The position numbers and the translations under genes were made by a program. DNA of 57,237 bases from a virus (Duplodnaviria; Caudoviricetes): positions 1-57,237 of the IMG/VR virus record IMGVR_UViG_3300049186_000021. One strand, given 5' to 3'. The notes below the pieces were generated by a model that was not told where the DNA came from, did not search any database, and saw only the letters and a list, made by a program, of their open reading frames with translations. Shown one piece after another: positions 1 to 10,184 of the stretch (within the stretch, counting starts at the first letter, position 1; each line of letters opens with the position of its first letter).

Positions 1-214
1 ATCACCCGGCTCTGAGCGCCAAAGGCCCGGCTGGCGGGTTTGCGACCCCGAAGGTCCAGACGCCGCCCCAATCGACTGCGATGCCGCAGCCGTCAAGCCC
101 GGCCCAGCGCCGCATGGCGGATCAACGAGTCGAGAACCTCTCTCCGGCCCCTCTTAACAAGCAGGCGAATCCGGGCGCGGGCAAGCTACTCAACAGCATT
201 TTGAAACCGGTGGT

Positions 215-529
215 ATGAACAAACACCGGAAGGGAAAGAAAAAACACATGATCGAGATCGTATTCATTAATGACAACGCGGAGACGTGGGAAGGCAATTA
301 CGGCAGCAATGGCGCGCTTATTTTCCCTCCCGGCATCAGCCGTCATTTAGTCAACGCTGTGACCGATGACGAAGCGTGGTTCGTGTTCGGCCCGCCTTCA
401 ACCAGCTTTGGTTGGGGAGTGGACGCCCCTTGGGGTGCCGCCGAAGATAACACGATTCGCGTCGTGTATGCTCACAAGCCGGAAGACCTGAACGTAGTCA
501 TCTACGAGAACAGCCGCCCCCGCCCGTGA
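215..529 (+). CDS. hypothetical protein, probably the end of the virion/tail module
   Basis: ORF in a coupled run 215-529/526-846/846-1223; no recognisable motif; true start may be the ATG at 248. Confidence 0.5.
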   Translation: MNKHRKGKKKHMIEIVFINDNAETWEGNYGSNGALIFPPGISRHLVNAVTDDEAWFVFGPPSTSFGWGVDAPWGAAEDNTIRVVYAHKPEDLNVVIYENSRPRP

Positions 530-846
530 AAGGATTCTTCGGCATCGTCCCTCGGTTCGACGACTTTCCTCCAACGCTTGCGAAGAAAACTGCGCAAATT
601 TTGGCGGCTGGTCTTGGCCTTGGTGGCAACGATAAAATCTCGGCTGGGGATGCGGTAAAGACCGGCGAATTTTGGTGCTTTCATGCGGCCTTTGCTGACT
701 GCACCTTCGAGACGCTGACTTTCGCCAATGGAACGTCTACCGGCAGCTACGCTGGGGAGACGTTGAAGCAAGGGGACCGCATCTACGGACAAATCGTCGC
801 CATTAAATTGACTTCCGGCAAGGGCATCGCCTTCCGGTCAATTTAA
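526..846 (+). CDS. hypothetical virion-associated protein
   Basis: GTGA overlap with the upstream ORF; beta-rich C-terminus (IYGQIVAIKLTSGKGIAF). Confidence 0.5.
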   Translation: MKGFFGIVPRFDDFPPTLAKKTAQILAAGLGLGGNDKISAGDAVKTGEFWCFHAAFADCTFETLTFANGTSTGSYAGETLKQGDRIYGQIVAIKLTSGKGIAFRSI

Positions 847-1223
847 TGATCCAACTTCAGAATCAGAATCAAGTCTTTCGTCACGGGGTTGTGGCAGACG
901 CCGCACCCCCGGAACCTCCGGCAGCCCCCTCAAACGCGCGCATTGAGGATTTCATCGAAGAATGCGGCGATCCTTCAGCTTCGTATACGGTCGCGTGGGA
1001 CGACAATTCCGACAATGAATTGGGGTTCGAAGTCTGGCGTGACGTTGGCGGCACTGGATTCGAGCTTTACGCCACAGTAGGACCGAACGTTACGTCCATT
1101 GATGAAATTTTTCCGCCCGGCTCGTGGGGCGGCATTGTTTACGATTACAAAGTGCTCGCCATCGGCGATCCAACCTCATCTGATTTTTCAAATACGGCCA
1201 CGGCTGTCGGCGGCTGCGGCTAA
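846..1223 (+). CDS. fibronectin type III domain protein
   Basis: PPAAPSN...VAWDDNSDNELGFEVWR...YDYKVLA...SDFSN matches the FN3 pattern. Confidence 0.75.
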   Translation: MIQLQNQNQVFRHGVVADAAPPEPPAAPSNARIEDFIEECGDPSASYTVAWDDNSDNELGFEVWRDVGGTGFELYATVGPNVTSIDEIFPPGSWGGIVYDYKVLAIGDPTSSDFSNTATAVGGCG

Positions 1224-1420
1224 GTAACCGGCCAGCAGATATCGAAGGCAGGAAGTTTCCGCGCATTCGGGAGCCGTCTTCAAAGTAGCTGCGATCTCCT
1301 TAATCCGACCACGCACAAACTCTTTCCATGGGTCCACGGGCTCCGCAGACTCAATGGCTGCGACAGCCATCACCGTCCGAGGAACGCGAACGCAGTTACC
1401 GAGAAAAACTATTGAGGGTA

Positions 1421-1636
1421 TCATATCGACGCGGCGGGAGCGATCCCGTAAAAGAAATCTACTTCCACGGTCGCCACGAGCAGCCCGAGTCTCACCGGGA
1501 GATACCAAGCCTCAGTCGCGCCCTCATTCCCGACTTCGAAAAGGACCATGCAAGGAAAACTGACGCGCATGCCGAGGAACAGTCCCCCGGCCTTGCGCGC
1601 GTGCCATTTTAGTTTGCCGTAGATTTTCATTCGCAA
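1421..1636 (-). CDS. small hypothetical protein
   Basis: overlaps the stop of the phosphoesterase gene on the same strand. Confidence 0.4.
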   Translation of the reverse strand: MRMKIYGKLKWHARKAGGLFLGMRVSFPCMVLFEVGNEGATEAWYLPVRLGLLVATVEVDFFYGIAPAASI

Positions 1637-2868
1637 ACGAAGGTAGAGGGCGGGAGTTTGAACCCGTGCTCGGTGGTGTCACCGATGTCCAGCCGCAACT
1701 TGTATTCAGCCGCCATGCCGAATTTCGGGTGCATGAAGAAGAACCGCTGCACCGGATGCGACGAGTTGAAATACTCGCCCAACGCATACCCGTCGATGCC
1801 GGGGAAAGCACCATTGACCAGCACAGACCCTTTCGAGTGCGGCAGATCGATAGGCCGATGAAGATGGCCGACAACGTAGTAGTCCGGCATCTTCCGCCCG
1901 GCGCGCGTGAAAAGCTGCGACGTGGTGGACACCATACGGCCCATGGCGTGGTTGGGGATGCCGAGCATTTTGTCACCGCCCCGCAGGTTGTCCCCGTGCC
2001 CGGCGTAGAACGAAAAACCCTGCACGTCGAACAGCGCGAATGGCTGCATGTTGAATTCGCACTTGATGAACGGGCAATCGCGGAGTAACGCCTCAACATA
2101 GAGATACAGAAGCATGTCCATGTTCGAGTTGCGATTTTTCGTTGGCATCTTTTTCTGATTCTGCCAGCGCGTATGGTTTCCAACGCAGCCGTAGACGCGC
2201 AGGTTGGCCAGTGTGCTAAGGTTGCGGAGGAACTGAGCGATGGCGTGCCCGCCCGCGTAGAACTGCGCGAGCAGTGTATTGGCCTGCCCACACTCAGCCG
2301 CGTGGCTGAGCGCACCGTCGAGCATGTCCCCGAGGATAGGGACGACAATCTCCGGCACTTCAGTCGTGGTGTGGTCATTCATGATCGAAAAGATCGACTG
2401 CTGAAGCCGCCACAACCGGCGCAAGAAAATGTTGAAGTTGTAGCCGCCGAGCCCGAGGGTTTGCTCCGGCTTCACGACCGCACCGATATGCGTGTCCGAG
2501 AACAGGCACACCGCCGACTGAGGCGATGACTTGCTTTTTCTCGGAGCCCGGTAGATGTCCACAGGGGGCGCATAGGCTTTTGGGGCCAGTTCCATGATCT
2601 GCTCGACCAACACGTCAACTGCCGTGCGGCTCTCGTTGGCCTTATCGAGCGCCCGCTGAAGTTCCCCGGCTTTCGATTGCCAATGGTCAGCACGCGCACG
2701 GTAATCGATCTCGGGGACTTCTACCTGCGCAGTGTATTGACGGACCGCGTGAGTGACTGAACGATACGTTCTGCCTAGTTCTTCGGCGATTTTTGAATCG
2801 GCGACACCTGCGGCTTTAAGTTGTTTGAGTTTCGCGATCTCCGCGTCCGACCATTTACTACTTGCCAT
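1627..2868 (-). CDS. calcineurin-like metallophosphoesterase with N-terminal HTH
   Basis: SDTHIG, GDMLDG, GNHTR, HGD and GHLH motifs; N-terminal KWSDAEIAKLKQL...IAEELGRTYRSV HTH; start placed at MASSKW. Confidence 0.85.
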   Translation of the reverse strand: MASSKWSDAEIAKLKQLKAAGVADSKIAEELGRTYRSVTHAVRQYTAQVEVPEIDYRARADHWQSKAGELQRALDKANESRTAVDVLVEQIMELAPKAYAPPVDIYRAPRKSKSSPQSAVCLFSDTHIGAVVKPEQTLGLGGYNFNIFLRRLWRLQQSIFSIMNDHTTTEVPEIVVPILGDMLDGALSHAAECGQANTLLAQFYAGGHAIAQFLRNLSTLANLRVYGCVGNHTRWQNQKKMPTKNRNSNMDMLLYLYVEALLRDCPFIKCEFNMQPFALFDVQGFSFYAGHGDNLRGGDKMLGIPNHAMGRMVSTTSQLFTRAGRKMPDYYVVGHLHRPIDLPHSKGSVLVNGAFPGIDGYALGEYFNSSHPVQRFFFMHPKFGMAAEYKLRLDIGDTTEHGFKLPPSTFVCE

Positions 2869-3415
2869 TGTTTTTCCTTGGTTGCCGGGCAGGCTTCTTG
2901 GGTTCATCTCTCACTTCGATTGTCTGTGCCTGCATTCGGCCTGTAAAGACCATATCCCACGCCATGAGAGCTTCAGCCGGGGACTTACCGCTCCCGACGA
3001 TACAGTTGTCGGGAAATTGAAGATCGCCGAGGATCGCCACCCACGTTTGGTCCTCAAGCTTCATCAGCTTGGGCTTGTGAATCGTGTGCGGGGCCGCGAG
3101 CAATTCTGTCGCGGCCTTCTGCGTGGTGAGCAGATTAATGTGCTCTTGGTAGAGCATCGAAAGCTGCATCTCCAGCATGTTCTGGTGGTCGAGACTCCAG
3201 CGTTTGGGGTCGTCGATGATGCCGTCGATGCGATCACAAATTTTTGTGAAGGTCGCCTCGGCAGCCTCATATGCACCACCGTTGTGACTGTCCCTGTCCG
3301 GCTCCAAGTTGAGTAGAACCGGGTAGAGCGTCGCTGCGCAAGACAGCAAAGCGCCCAATTGTCGGACCGTCACTTCGTCACGTGACGGTATAGGAACTTT
3401 AAGATTGTTGTTCAT
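2858..3415 (-). CDS. hypothetical protein
   Basis: ATGA overlap with the RuvC-like stop puts the start at 3415. Confidence 0.6.
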   Translation of the reverse strand: MNNNLKVPIPSRDEVTVRQLGALLSCAATLYPVLLNLEPDRDSHNGGAYEAAEATFTKICDRIDGIIDDPKRWSLDHQNMLEMQLSMLYQEHINLLTTQKAATELLAAPHTIHKPKLMKLEDQTWVAILGDLQFPDNCIVGSGKSPAEALMAWDMVFTGRMQAQTIEVRDEPKKPARQPRKNNGK

Positions 3416-3921
3416 CGTTGTATCCGGCTGAGGTTCGTTTTCGCCCAGTGCCATAACCATATTGCATCTACTTCGTTGTCGTCGGCTTTTTCCATCCACG
3501 GATTTTTATCCCCACCATGTTTGGCGATTAAAGCCCGTTTCATTGTCGCTTTGTCCGCGCCCCCGTGCCCTGTCGCGAAAAGCTTCAGGGTGCTCACCGG
3601 GACGCACTCCACTATCTCTCCGGGAAACGTAAGCCAAATCGCGGCGCGATAGCTCGCCCAAAGTTGGCATTGATATGTGTAGGTGTTGAATTCAACATCT
3701 TCGAAGATGACCTGATCGAACTTGTGCGAGTAATTAAGCTCGACGAGTTTGGCATGAAAGCGAGAGATTCGGGGATCGGACCTACGGCGCATTCGGTTTT
3801 TACCCCAAGCCTTGATCTCGGACGCGGTCGCGTGGACCCACGTCCCCGAGTGAAAATGATCTTCAGCATTGTAAGCAAATCCAGTGTTAGTGCCGAGGTC
3901 CAGAGCCAGCGTCTTGATCAC
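3412..3921 (-). CDS. RuvC-like Holliday junction resolvase
   Basis: LALDLGTNTGFA, VIFEDV, TLKLFATGHGGADK and DDNEVDA acidic catalytic pattern. Confidence 0.85.
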   Translation of the reverse strand: MIKTLALDLGTNTGFAYNAEDHFHSGTWVHATASEIKAWGKNRMRRRSDPRISRFHAKLVELNYSHKFDQVIFEDVEFNTYTYQCQLWASYRAAIWLTFPGEIVECVPVSTLKLFATGHGGADKATMKRALIAKHGGDKNPWMEKADDNEVDAIWLWHWAKTNLSRIQR

Positions 3922-3922
3922 G

Positions 3923-4618
3923 TTACAATAGTGCCTTTTTGCGGGTCACTTCGGCACGTATTTTTTTCAGTGCCCGGATGTGAGTCAATCGAGTCGCTTC
4001 GCGGACCACCCCGAGGATGTCACCGATTTCCTGAAAATTCATCCCGCCCCGGTAATGAAGATCGAGGGTCATGAATTCGTTTTTGCTGAGCTTGGCGCGC
4101 ATAAGCGGCTCCACGATGGCCCATTGGTCCCTGATTTCGATCTGTTCGGTCTCCGGGTCAACCACGGGGCCGAAGACGCCACTCAGCGCCGACCCATATT
4201 CACTGGGTTGCCCGATGCGAAGGTTTTCGGGGTAGTCCCCGTCGGCCCCTTCCATGTGGTAGTCCGGCTTAATGTGGTGCAGTTCTCCAACCTCGTGAAT
4301 GCTGGCGTGCTTCACCACGTCTTTTTGCCTCCACGCGTCACAGATGCCACGACGCACGGACACTTTCGCATAGGCGAAGAAGCGCACTCGGTTGGGCTTG
4401 AATTGCTTGGCGGCTTTGCACAGCGCCGACCAGCACAGCGAAAAAAGTTCATCGTCCGGGAGCCCTCCACGGCAGACTCGCCGCGCATAGGGGATCGCTT
4501 CGTGCATCGCATGCAGAGCAAGCTCGTTACGCGCGTCTTCGGTGTTCAACCCCGCAAGAAAATTCTCACGGACTTCGGTTAGAGACTCTGTTGGGAGTCC
4601 ATTCATTACACTACTCAT
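3923..4618 (-). CDS. phage-encoded sigma70-family RNA polymerase sigma factor
   Basis: region 2 (ALCKAAKQFKPNRVRFFAYAKVSVRRGI) and region 4 HTH (MNFQEIGDILGVVREATRLTHIRALKKIR). Confidence 0.85.
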   Translation of the reverse strand: MSSVMNGLPTESLTEVRENFLAGLNTEDARNELALHAMHEAIPYARRVCRGGLPDDELFSLCWSALCKAAKQFKPNRVRFFAYAKVSVRRGICDAWRQKDVVKHASIHEVGELHHIKPDYHMEGADGDYPENLRIGQPSEYGSALSGVFGPVVDPETEQIEIRDQWAIVEPLMRAKLSKNEFMTLDLHYRGGMNFQEIGDILGVVREATRLTHIRALKKIRAEVTRKKALL

Positions 4619-6813
4619 TTGCTGAATATTGATACTTTGTTGATTTCGATTGTTGGTTTCGGTGCGACCACGGGCGGCGCGCCAAATTGTTCACCGCGTT
4701 GGAATACCCAAACACGGGTGCCGAGAGGGCCGGGCTCGATAGAGCACTTGATGACGCCCTCCTTCTGGACGTTTTCCAGATAGCGGTTGATTTGGTCCAG
4801 CTTGATACTGCGGACAGCGACATCGTTTGGACCGGCGCTGAGCATGCGTTGTAACAGGGTCACTGTGCCGCGCCACTCAGTCGCTTCGGGGTTCGTTTCG
4901 AAGTGCATTCGAAGCATGTCGATTAAAAGTTCTTTGAACGGCGCGAAACGGCTGGACTGTTGCGCCTGTTCCATGAGAGACGGGTCTTTATAGGGGTAGT
5001 AGCCAAAGCGGGAATCCCGAATGACAAACTCAGGCGGCGTCCACTGGATCAACCACGCGAGAAAATACGGAAGCTCTTGAGTGATCAGCCTTTCGACTTC
5101 GTCGCGGGGCTCCCACTTGTCCTCGCGAGAGCGACAGCGTAACAGCATAATTTTGTCGAACGTGCCCGTGTCCATCGGACCGAGAATTCGGCTACTCGTT
5201 GAGTCGAGGTTCGTCGTGACGAAAAGTCGCCCATGCCACTCGGTCATGCCTGCAATCTGAAACTTCTGATTGCTCATCACATCTTTGTTTGCAACGATTT
5301 TCTTGATCTTGACCATCACGCCGTTTTGAGACCGGCTGTTGTCGGAGATCGTATCATCGTCTAGGCACCACTGTGGGAACCTAAAAAGGTGTTCCGTAAA
5401 GCTTTCGTTGTTGACTACATAACTCTCCACGTCAACGAAGCCCCCGACTGACCGGCCAACAATTTCACGGTTCAACAGGGTTTTGCCGCTATTCACTTCG
5501 CCCATCAAGAAGATCATAGTGCCGGGCCGGGGGGTATAATTAAGGCCACTCAGATAGTAGTATTGCCACCACGCGAGAAAATTGGCCAGCGATACTTCGT
5601 CAAACATGACGTTGAGTCGTTTCGAGAGCCAAGGAAATTTTCCAGTGGTCCCCCACTGAGTTACCTCATTCGCAGGCTTTACGACGTTAGAGATAAAAGT
5701 GTTTAAACGACGTTCTCCGAGATACATGAGGACTCCCGGTGGGCGGAATACATACGGTGCCGCATTCTTAATCCGATTCTCTTGATAGATGTGCTCAAGC
5801 GCGATCTTTAACAAAGACTTCTTACCCTTACTCGTGTCGTTTGTCAAACCGCAAGTGATTTCGAGGTAGTTCAAAAGCTCGTCTTTGCCGAGGGGGCACC
5901 AACTACCCTTAATCATCCGCCAGAAATTTTTACTTTCCCAGTAGATATCTTTCGTCGCTTTCGCGATGGCATCCTCCGAAAAGTTTTTGATGAATTCGGG
6001 ACCGAGTAGATCAGACCACGAGTAGAACACTTTGTCGGCGTGCGCGGAGAAGGTGAATATGCCATCACGCTTCACGATAGCCGACATCGGCGACGTGGAA
6101 GAAGGCACCCAAAACGTCGGGCCTTGCGCGGTCTCGACGAAGTCGCCCGGCCAGTTGGCAAACTCGGGATACTTGGCCTTCAGCGCGGCTTCGACGCGTT
6201 CCATAGGCACGTCCACGTCGGCCTTCGACTGAAAGCGATACCTCATCCCGCACTCGACGAAAAACGCCTGAAGCTTCGTCTCGGGGATCGGGCCGTGGCC
6301 GGTCTCTTTCCACTGGCAACCGTTGCACAGGAGCCTCGTGGGCGACTCCCAAGCGCCTTCGTCAAGGCCGGGGAGAAGATCGAGGTTCAGCCACTTGCGC
6401 GCCTGCTGGAGCACGAAGGAAGCGAATTCATAGGTGTCTACGCAGAGAGGACGAGGGAGAATCCAGACTAACCGGACGTTGCCGCCAACTGAGCGTTCGA
6501 TCCACGTCGGTTTGATGCCCATCGCCGCGATGGCTTCGAGGACGCGGGCTTCAGGAATGGCCACGTCAAAGTCAGCGTGAAACGCATGAAGGAACTTAGG
6601 CGGGTTGTCTTCGCGTGAAACCCGGCAGTTGGGATTGTAAGGCTCGAACGCGGAGTAAAAACTGTGACGCGTGTTGACGTTCTTATACCAGTCTTGGCGG
6701 GCATTCTTATCCTTTCGGATTTGTTCGGTGATCTGTTCTGTCGGCACAAATTCCCACGGGTTGCCGGGGAAAGTCTGCTTTTCGACTAGGTTCTGAGTAT
6801 AGTAAAACGGCAC
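4615..6813 (-). CDS. primase-helicase (N-terminal primase/PrimPol-like domain plus SF3/DUF5906-type helicase)
   Basis: DFD and SVGGNVRL in the N-terminus; Walker A GEVNSGKT, Walker B LDDD, motif C TTN; adjacent to DNA polymerase. Confidence 0.75.
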   Translation of the reverse strand: MPFYYTQNLVEKQTFPGNPWEFVPTEQITEQIRKDKNARQDWYKNVNTRHSFYSAFEPYNPNCRVSREDNPPKFLHAFHADFDVAIPEARVLEAIAAMGIKPTWIERSVGGNVRLVWILPRPLCVDTYEFASFVLQQARKWLNLDLLPGLDEGAWESPTRLLCNGCQWKETGHGPIPETKLQAFFVECGMRYRFQSKADVDVPMERVEAALKAKYPEFANWPGDFVETAQGPTFWVPSSTSPMSAIVKRDGIFTFSAHADKVFYSWSDLLGPEFIKNFSEDAIAKATKDIYWESKNFWRMIKGSWCPLGKDELLNYLEITCGLTNDTSKGKKSLLKIALEHIYQENRIKNAAPYVFRPPGVLMYLGERRLNTFISNVVKPANEVTQWGTTGKFPWLSKRLNVMFDEVSLANFLAWWQYYYLSGLNYTPRPGTMIFLMGEVNSGKTLLNREIVGRSVGGFVDVESYVVNNESFTEHLFRFPQWCLDDDTISDNSRSQNGVMVKIKKIVANKDVMSNQKFQIAGMTEWHGRLFVTTNLDSTSSRILGPMDTGTFDKIMLLRCRSREDKWEPRDEVERLITQELPYFLAWLIQWTPPEFVIRDSRFGYYPYKDPSLMEQAQQSSRFAPFKELLIDMLRMHFETNPEATEWRGTVTLLQRMLSAGPNDVAVRSIKLDQINRYLENVQKEGVIKCSIEPGPLGTRVWVFQRGEQFGAPPVVAPKPTIEINKVSIFSK

Positions 6814-6832
6814 AACTACAACAACTGCAATT

Positions 6833-6850
6833 TGACACCAATTGGTGTCA
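6833..6850. promoter_or_regulatory. 18-bp perfect palindrome TGACACCAATTGGTGTCA, copy 1 of 7
   Basis: between the polymerase stop and the primase-helicase start. Confidence 0.85.
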
Positions 6851-8845
6851 TTTGCAATAAAATTCTACTTCTTTCGCTTCGGCTGCGATTGGGCAGCCTT
6901 TGAGCCACTCCGGGCACTTGGACATGGTATGCTCGACATCTTTGGCCGATACATCCTGATCGACTTCTAGGACAGCTTCATCATGGACGCTAAAGAGGTT
7001 CGTCCAACCGTTGTCTTCCATCGCTATAAGGTGCTCTCCAAACACGTCTCTGGCAACTGCCTGAGTGATATTTTCTGTTAATTTTCCTCCATAGTTTTGA
7101 TACCGCTTTCCGCCCACTTCGGCGGTGTAGACATCCTGCCACTCGGGCTTTTTTGTCTCGTGGTTGGGCTTGAGCCGTTTTTCACAACGGACTTTGGTGT
7201 AAACCATCTTGCGTCCCGAGGGGAGAGTCATCGTGAAGTCTTCCCCAACTGACCGTTTAAACATACTGTCGAGGCGCTTCCAAATCCCGTCCTGCCCGGC
7301 GATCAGGGGATTCTGCTCTCGAAATTCTTTGACGATCTCCCGCGACCGTTTGCCGAATCCGCTCTTTTTCTGAAGGACACCGGTAAGCGGGTGGGGTTCT
7401 TCAATCCACTCCGGGTCGTCTTCGGTGATATCGAGCCCGGCCAGTGTCATAGCCATCTTGATGAACTTTTCCCAGCCTGCGCCGTATCCGAGGGCCAGCA
7501 CGCGCGCCTTAGCAAGCGCATACATCTTTGAGTTGGCCTTCTTTAACGGAGGGATCGAACCGGCCTTCCAACCCATCGTCGAGATCGCGTGGGCCTCGTA
7601 TGGCCCCAACCCCGAACCGAGAAGCTGTAACATCGCCTGATCGCCACACAGCCATGCCAGCACGCGAGGTTCGATCTGCGATAAATCGGAGACGATCATC
7701 TTCTTGCCGGGGCGCGGGATCACGAGGTTACGAAAATCGATGGCAAATTTAATCCAGTCCGGCCACTGACCGACTTCCTCATAATACCCAACGGCTGCCA
7801 TGCAACGTTTTTCGTTCATCTCCATCAGACCGTGCTCGTTGCAGAAAATCGGCACCTTGCGCATGTTCTGGAAATTGACACCGGAGTCGCCGGACCAGCG
7901 CCCGGTGTGCGCGCCGAAATATTTCAGGCCGAACGGGAGAGTGCCGTCGCCGCGAAGGCGCTCTTTGACCTTGACGAAGGTCTTGTAAATTTTATTGATC
8001 GAGCGCCACGCTGACACCGCCAGAATCCACGGGTGGTCCTTCGCGTAGGTGTCTTCCCAAGCTTGGTAACCTTCCTCGTCGTCGGACTTCGTGGGCGGAC
8101 ACGGGATGCCTTTTCGACGGCACTGCTCGGCGATGCACTTCGTTGAAGTCGGCTTCGTGTTGAAATCGTCCCAGCCTTCTTCGTCGTCTTCGGAGTCTTT
8201 GATCCACGGGATCAATTGCTCCGTGTTATGCTTCATCTCGTGACTCTGGCAGATGTAGAGATCAAGAAGCTCGACGTTGATCTGCACGCCACGTCGGCCT
8301 TGCGCGACCGTAAGTTGACTCAGGCGGCGTTCCAGCGTCGGCCACTTGTGAGAGTGGTCATTCCAAATCTTCCAGCACCAGTAGGCGTCCCGGCGCGCGT
8401 AATCGAGCATGTGCTTCTGCTCATCGGGATTGAAATCCTGCCAGCGTTTGTCTTTCGCGTCGCTACGCATCGACTTGTCAAGCCTCACGCCGTAAAGAAA
8501 TTCTACCGCTTGGTCAAGCGAGCGCCGGTTGCATAGAAAAGACGTGAGATTAGCCGTGCAGTGCCACTGCGCAGGGTTGGACTTGGGCTTCCACTCGCGG
8601 CGATCCAGTTCGGCAGTGACGGATTCGTCGAAGTAGGAATTGTGGGCGAGCCCAAGCTGGCCGTCCACCGCCGACCAGTTGAAATCTTTGATCGGACCAG
8701 CCCAGCAAGTGCTGCCGTCCGAGGCGGCAATCATGTAGGGGTCAAAAAGATCATGACGGCAGTATTGTTCTGCGATCATGGTCTTCACCGAATACTTCAG
8801 CTTGGGCGCGTAGTATGTTTCGTAATCGATTGCAACCGGCGTCAT
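6848..8845 (-). CDS. polA: DNA polymerase family A with 3'-5' exonuclease domain
   Basis: IDYET exonuclease I motif, YARRDA, HTGRWSG, SDLSQIEPRVLA (motif A), AKARVLALGYG (motif B), VHDE (motif C). Confidence 0.95.
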   Translation of the reverse strand: MTPVAIDYETYYAPKLKYSVKTMIAEQYCRHDLFDPYMIAASDGSTCWAGPIKDFNWSAVDGQLGLAHNSYFDESVTAELDRREWKPKSNPAQWHCTANLTSFLCNRRSLDQAVEFLYGVRLDKSMRSDAKDKRWQDFNPDEQKHMLDYARRDAYWCWKIWNDHSHKWPTLERRLSQLTVAQGRRGVQINVELLDLYICQSHEMKHNTEQLIPWIKDSEDDEEGWDDFNTKPTSTKCIAEQCRRKGIPCPPTKSDDEEGYQAWEDTYAKDHPWILAVSAWRSINKIYKTFVKVKERLRGDGTLPFGLKYFGAHTGRWSGDSGVNFQNMRKVPIFCNEHGLMEMNEKRCMAAVGYYEEVGQWPDWIKFAIDFRNLVIPRPGKKMIVSDLSQIEPRVLAWLCGDQAMLQLLGSGLGPYEAHAISTMGWKAGSIPPLKKANSKMYALAKARVLALGYGAGWEKFIKMAMTLAGLDITEDDPEWIEEPHPLTGVLQKKSGFGKRSREIVKEFREQNPLIAGQDGIWKRLDSMFKRSVGEDFTMTLPSGRKMVYTKVRCEKRLKPNHETKKPEWQDVYTAEVGGKRYQNYGGKLTENITQAVARDVFGEHLIAMEDNGWTNLFSVHDEAVLEVDQDVSAKDVEHTMSKCPEWLKGCPIAAEAKEVEFYCK

Positions 8846-8923
8846 TTGTAAACTTCACGCCCCGTTTCGCCGGGGCCACGCGGACTCGCATCACGCTGAG
8901 TCATGCGTCGTAGGTAGGAAAAT

Positions 8924-9316
8924 CTACCGGGTTCGACTCAGTGTTTGCCCACAAGAGGGCTGCGCCTGAACCTTCGCCTGAACGATGCGAGCTATCGCCT
9001 CATTCACTTCGCGCTCGAACTTGTCGAGCAAATTGCCTGTGGCAAACTTTGGGCACTCGTGCCCATCTTGGGTATAGAGCGGCTCGTGGACCGGCGTCGT
9101 ATACTTGCCGCGCAGATGCCGGACAGCGGCTTCCACGTCGGCCTTCACTTCGTCCATGAATTCAGAGCCCACTCGTTTGAACTTGCCCGCCCGGAACTTC
9201 GCTGAGCATTTCAGCGCGTATTCCTTGATGGCGGACTCGTTCACGAGCCGAGTGTTATCCGTCCACGCATGCGGATTCGTATCCGCGTCCGCTTGAGAGT
9301 CTTCGATGTTACTCAT
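8924..9316 (-). CDS. hypothetical protein
   Basis: AGGAGG Shine-Dalgarno before MSNIEDS; overlaps the upstream stop. Confidence 0.6.
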   Translation of the reverse strand: MSNIEDSQADADTNPHAWTDNTRLVNESAIKEYALKCSAKFRAGKFKRVGSEFMDEVKADVEAAVRHLRGKYTTPVHEPLYTQDGHECPKFATGNLLDKFEREVNEAIARIVQAKVQAQPSCGQTLSRTR

Positions 9317-9977
9317 CGCCGCCTCCTTCGTCGTCCGGGTCGAAGTCCAGAGCACCGACATCGAACGTCATCGGCCCGTGGCCAACGACCGGGCAAATCG
9401 GCGCGCCGATTTCGAGCCACTTCCGCGTCGCGCGAACGTTATATTCGCACTTGCTGCACTCGCACTTGATCAGACGCGTGGTCTGTTTCTTGCCGGGCAT
9501 ACGCATCCCGTCCAGTTTGGAGTGAGGATACGGGCCGAGTTTCGCAATCCACTTTTCGCAGATTTCGATCAGGTCTTTTTCGGCGCGCGTCGAAGTCAGT
9601 TTACCGCAGAGGTAAACCGCACGAGCACACTTGCCGAAAACTTTGTTGTGGCCTTCCTTGTTGCCGACAACGGCGTGGACGACTTCGTGGACGAGCGTCG
9701 GCAGGACGCCTTGCCCATCAGTCTGCCGCCCAATATGAATTTCCCCCCGCATGTATGGCGAGATGAAAATCTGGCTTCGCTTGTCCTCGGAAGCCGTCGT
9801 GGCCCAGCACTCGCCGAGAACACGTTTCTTGTTGCTTAAGCCGCGCGACGACGGCCAGCCGCAGGCAACCCGAATCTCGGGCACCTTGTAGCCCTTTTCT
9901 TCAAAGAGCGGAGTCATCAGCGCGACTGCGGCCATCAGCCATTCTTCGCGCGTGGAGTATTTGGGCTTATCGGCCAT
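9309..9977 (-). CDS. SprT-like zinc metalloprotease domain protein
   Basis: TLVHEVVH...GH zincin motif followed by CECSKC...CP zinc ribbon. Confidence 0.75.
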   Translation of the reverse strand: MADKPKYSTREEWLMAAVALMTPLFEEKGYKVPEIRVACGWPSSRGLSNKKRVLGECWATTASEDKRSQIFISPYMRGEIHIGRQTDGQGVLPTLVHEVVHAVVGNKEGHNKVFGKCARAVYLCGKLTSTRAEKDLIEICEKWIAKLGPYPHSKLDGMRMPGKKQTTRLIKCECSKCEYNVRATRKWLEIGAPICPVVGHGPMTFDVGALDFDPDDEGGGDE

Positions 9978-10156
9978 AAGAGTATTCGATGCGCTCGGTC
10001 TTCGAGAAACAGCGAGCCTTTTTATTCTGGTATTCGACCCGCCCGTTCGGGTTCGCCGCCACGAAGGCATCTCCGGCCTGCCGGAGCGCCTCTCGATTTG
10101 CTACTGTAACTTTTTTCATCTTCATGTTGTTCAGTTCCTTTCTCGGAACATCGTCA

Positions 10157-10184
10157 CTATACCATGTCCACGTTTAAACGCAAG
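10157..10184 (-). promoter_or_regulatory. sigma70-type promoter with GTTTAAAC overlapping the -35 box
   Basis: TTGCGT-N16-TATAGT on the minus strand. Confidence 0.55.

Noticed and set aside
8856-8910. Hairpins upstream of polA as a riboswitch
   Set aside because: One GC stem with a GAAA-containing loop plus a weak second stem; no recognisable aptamer consensus.
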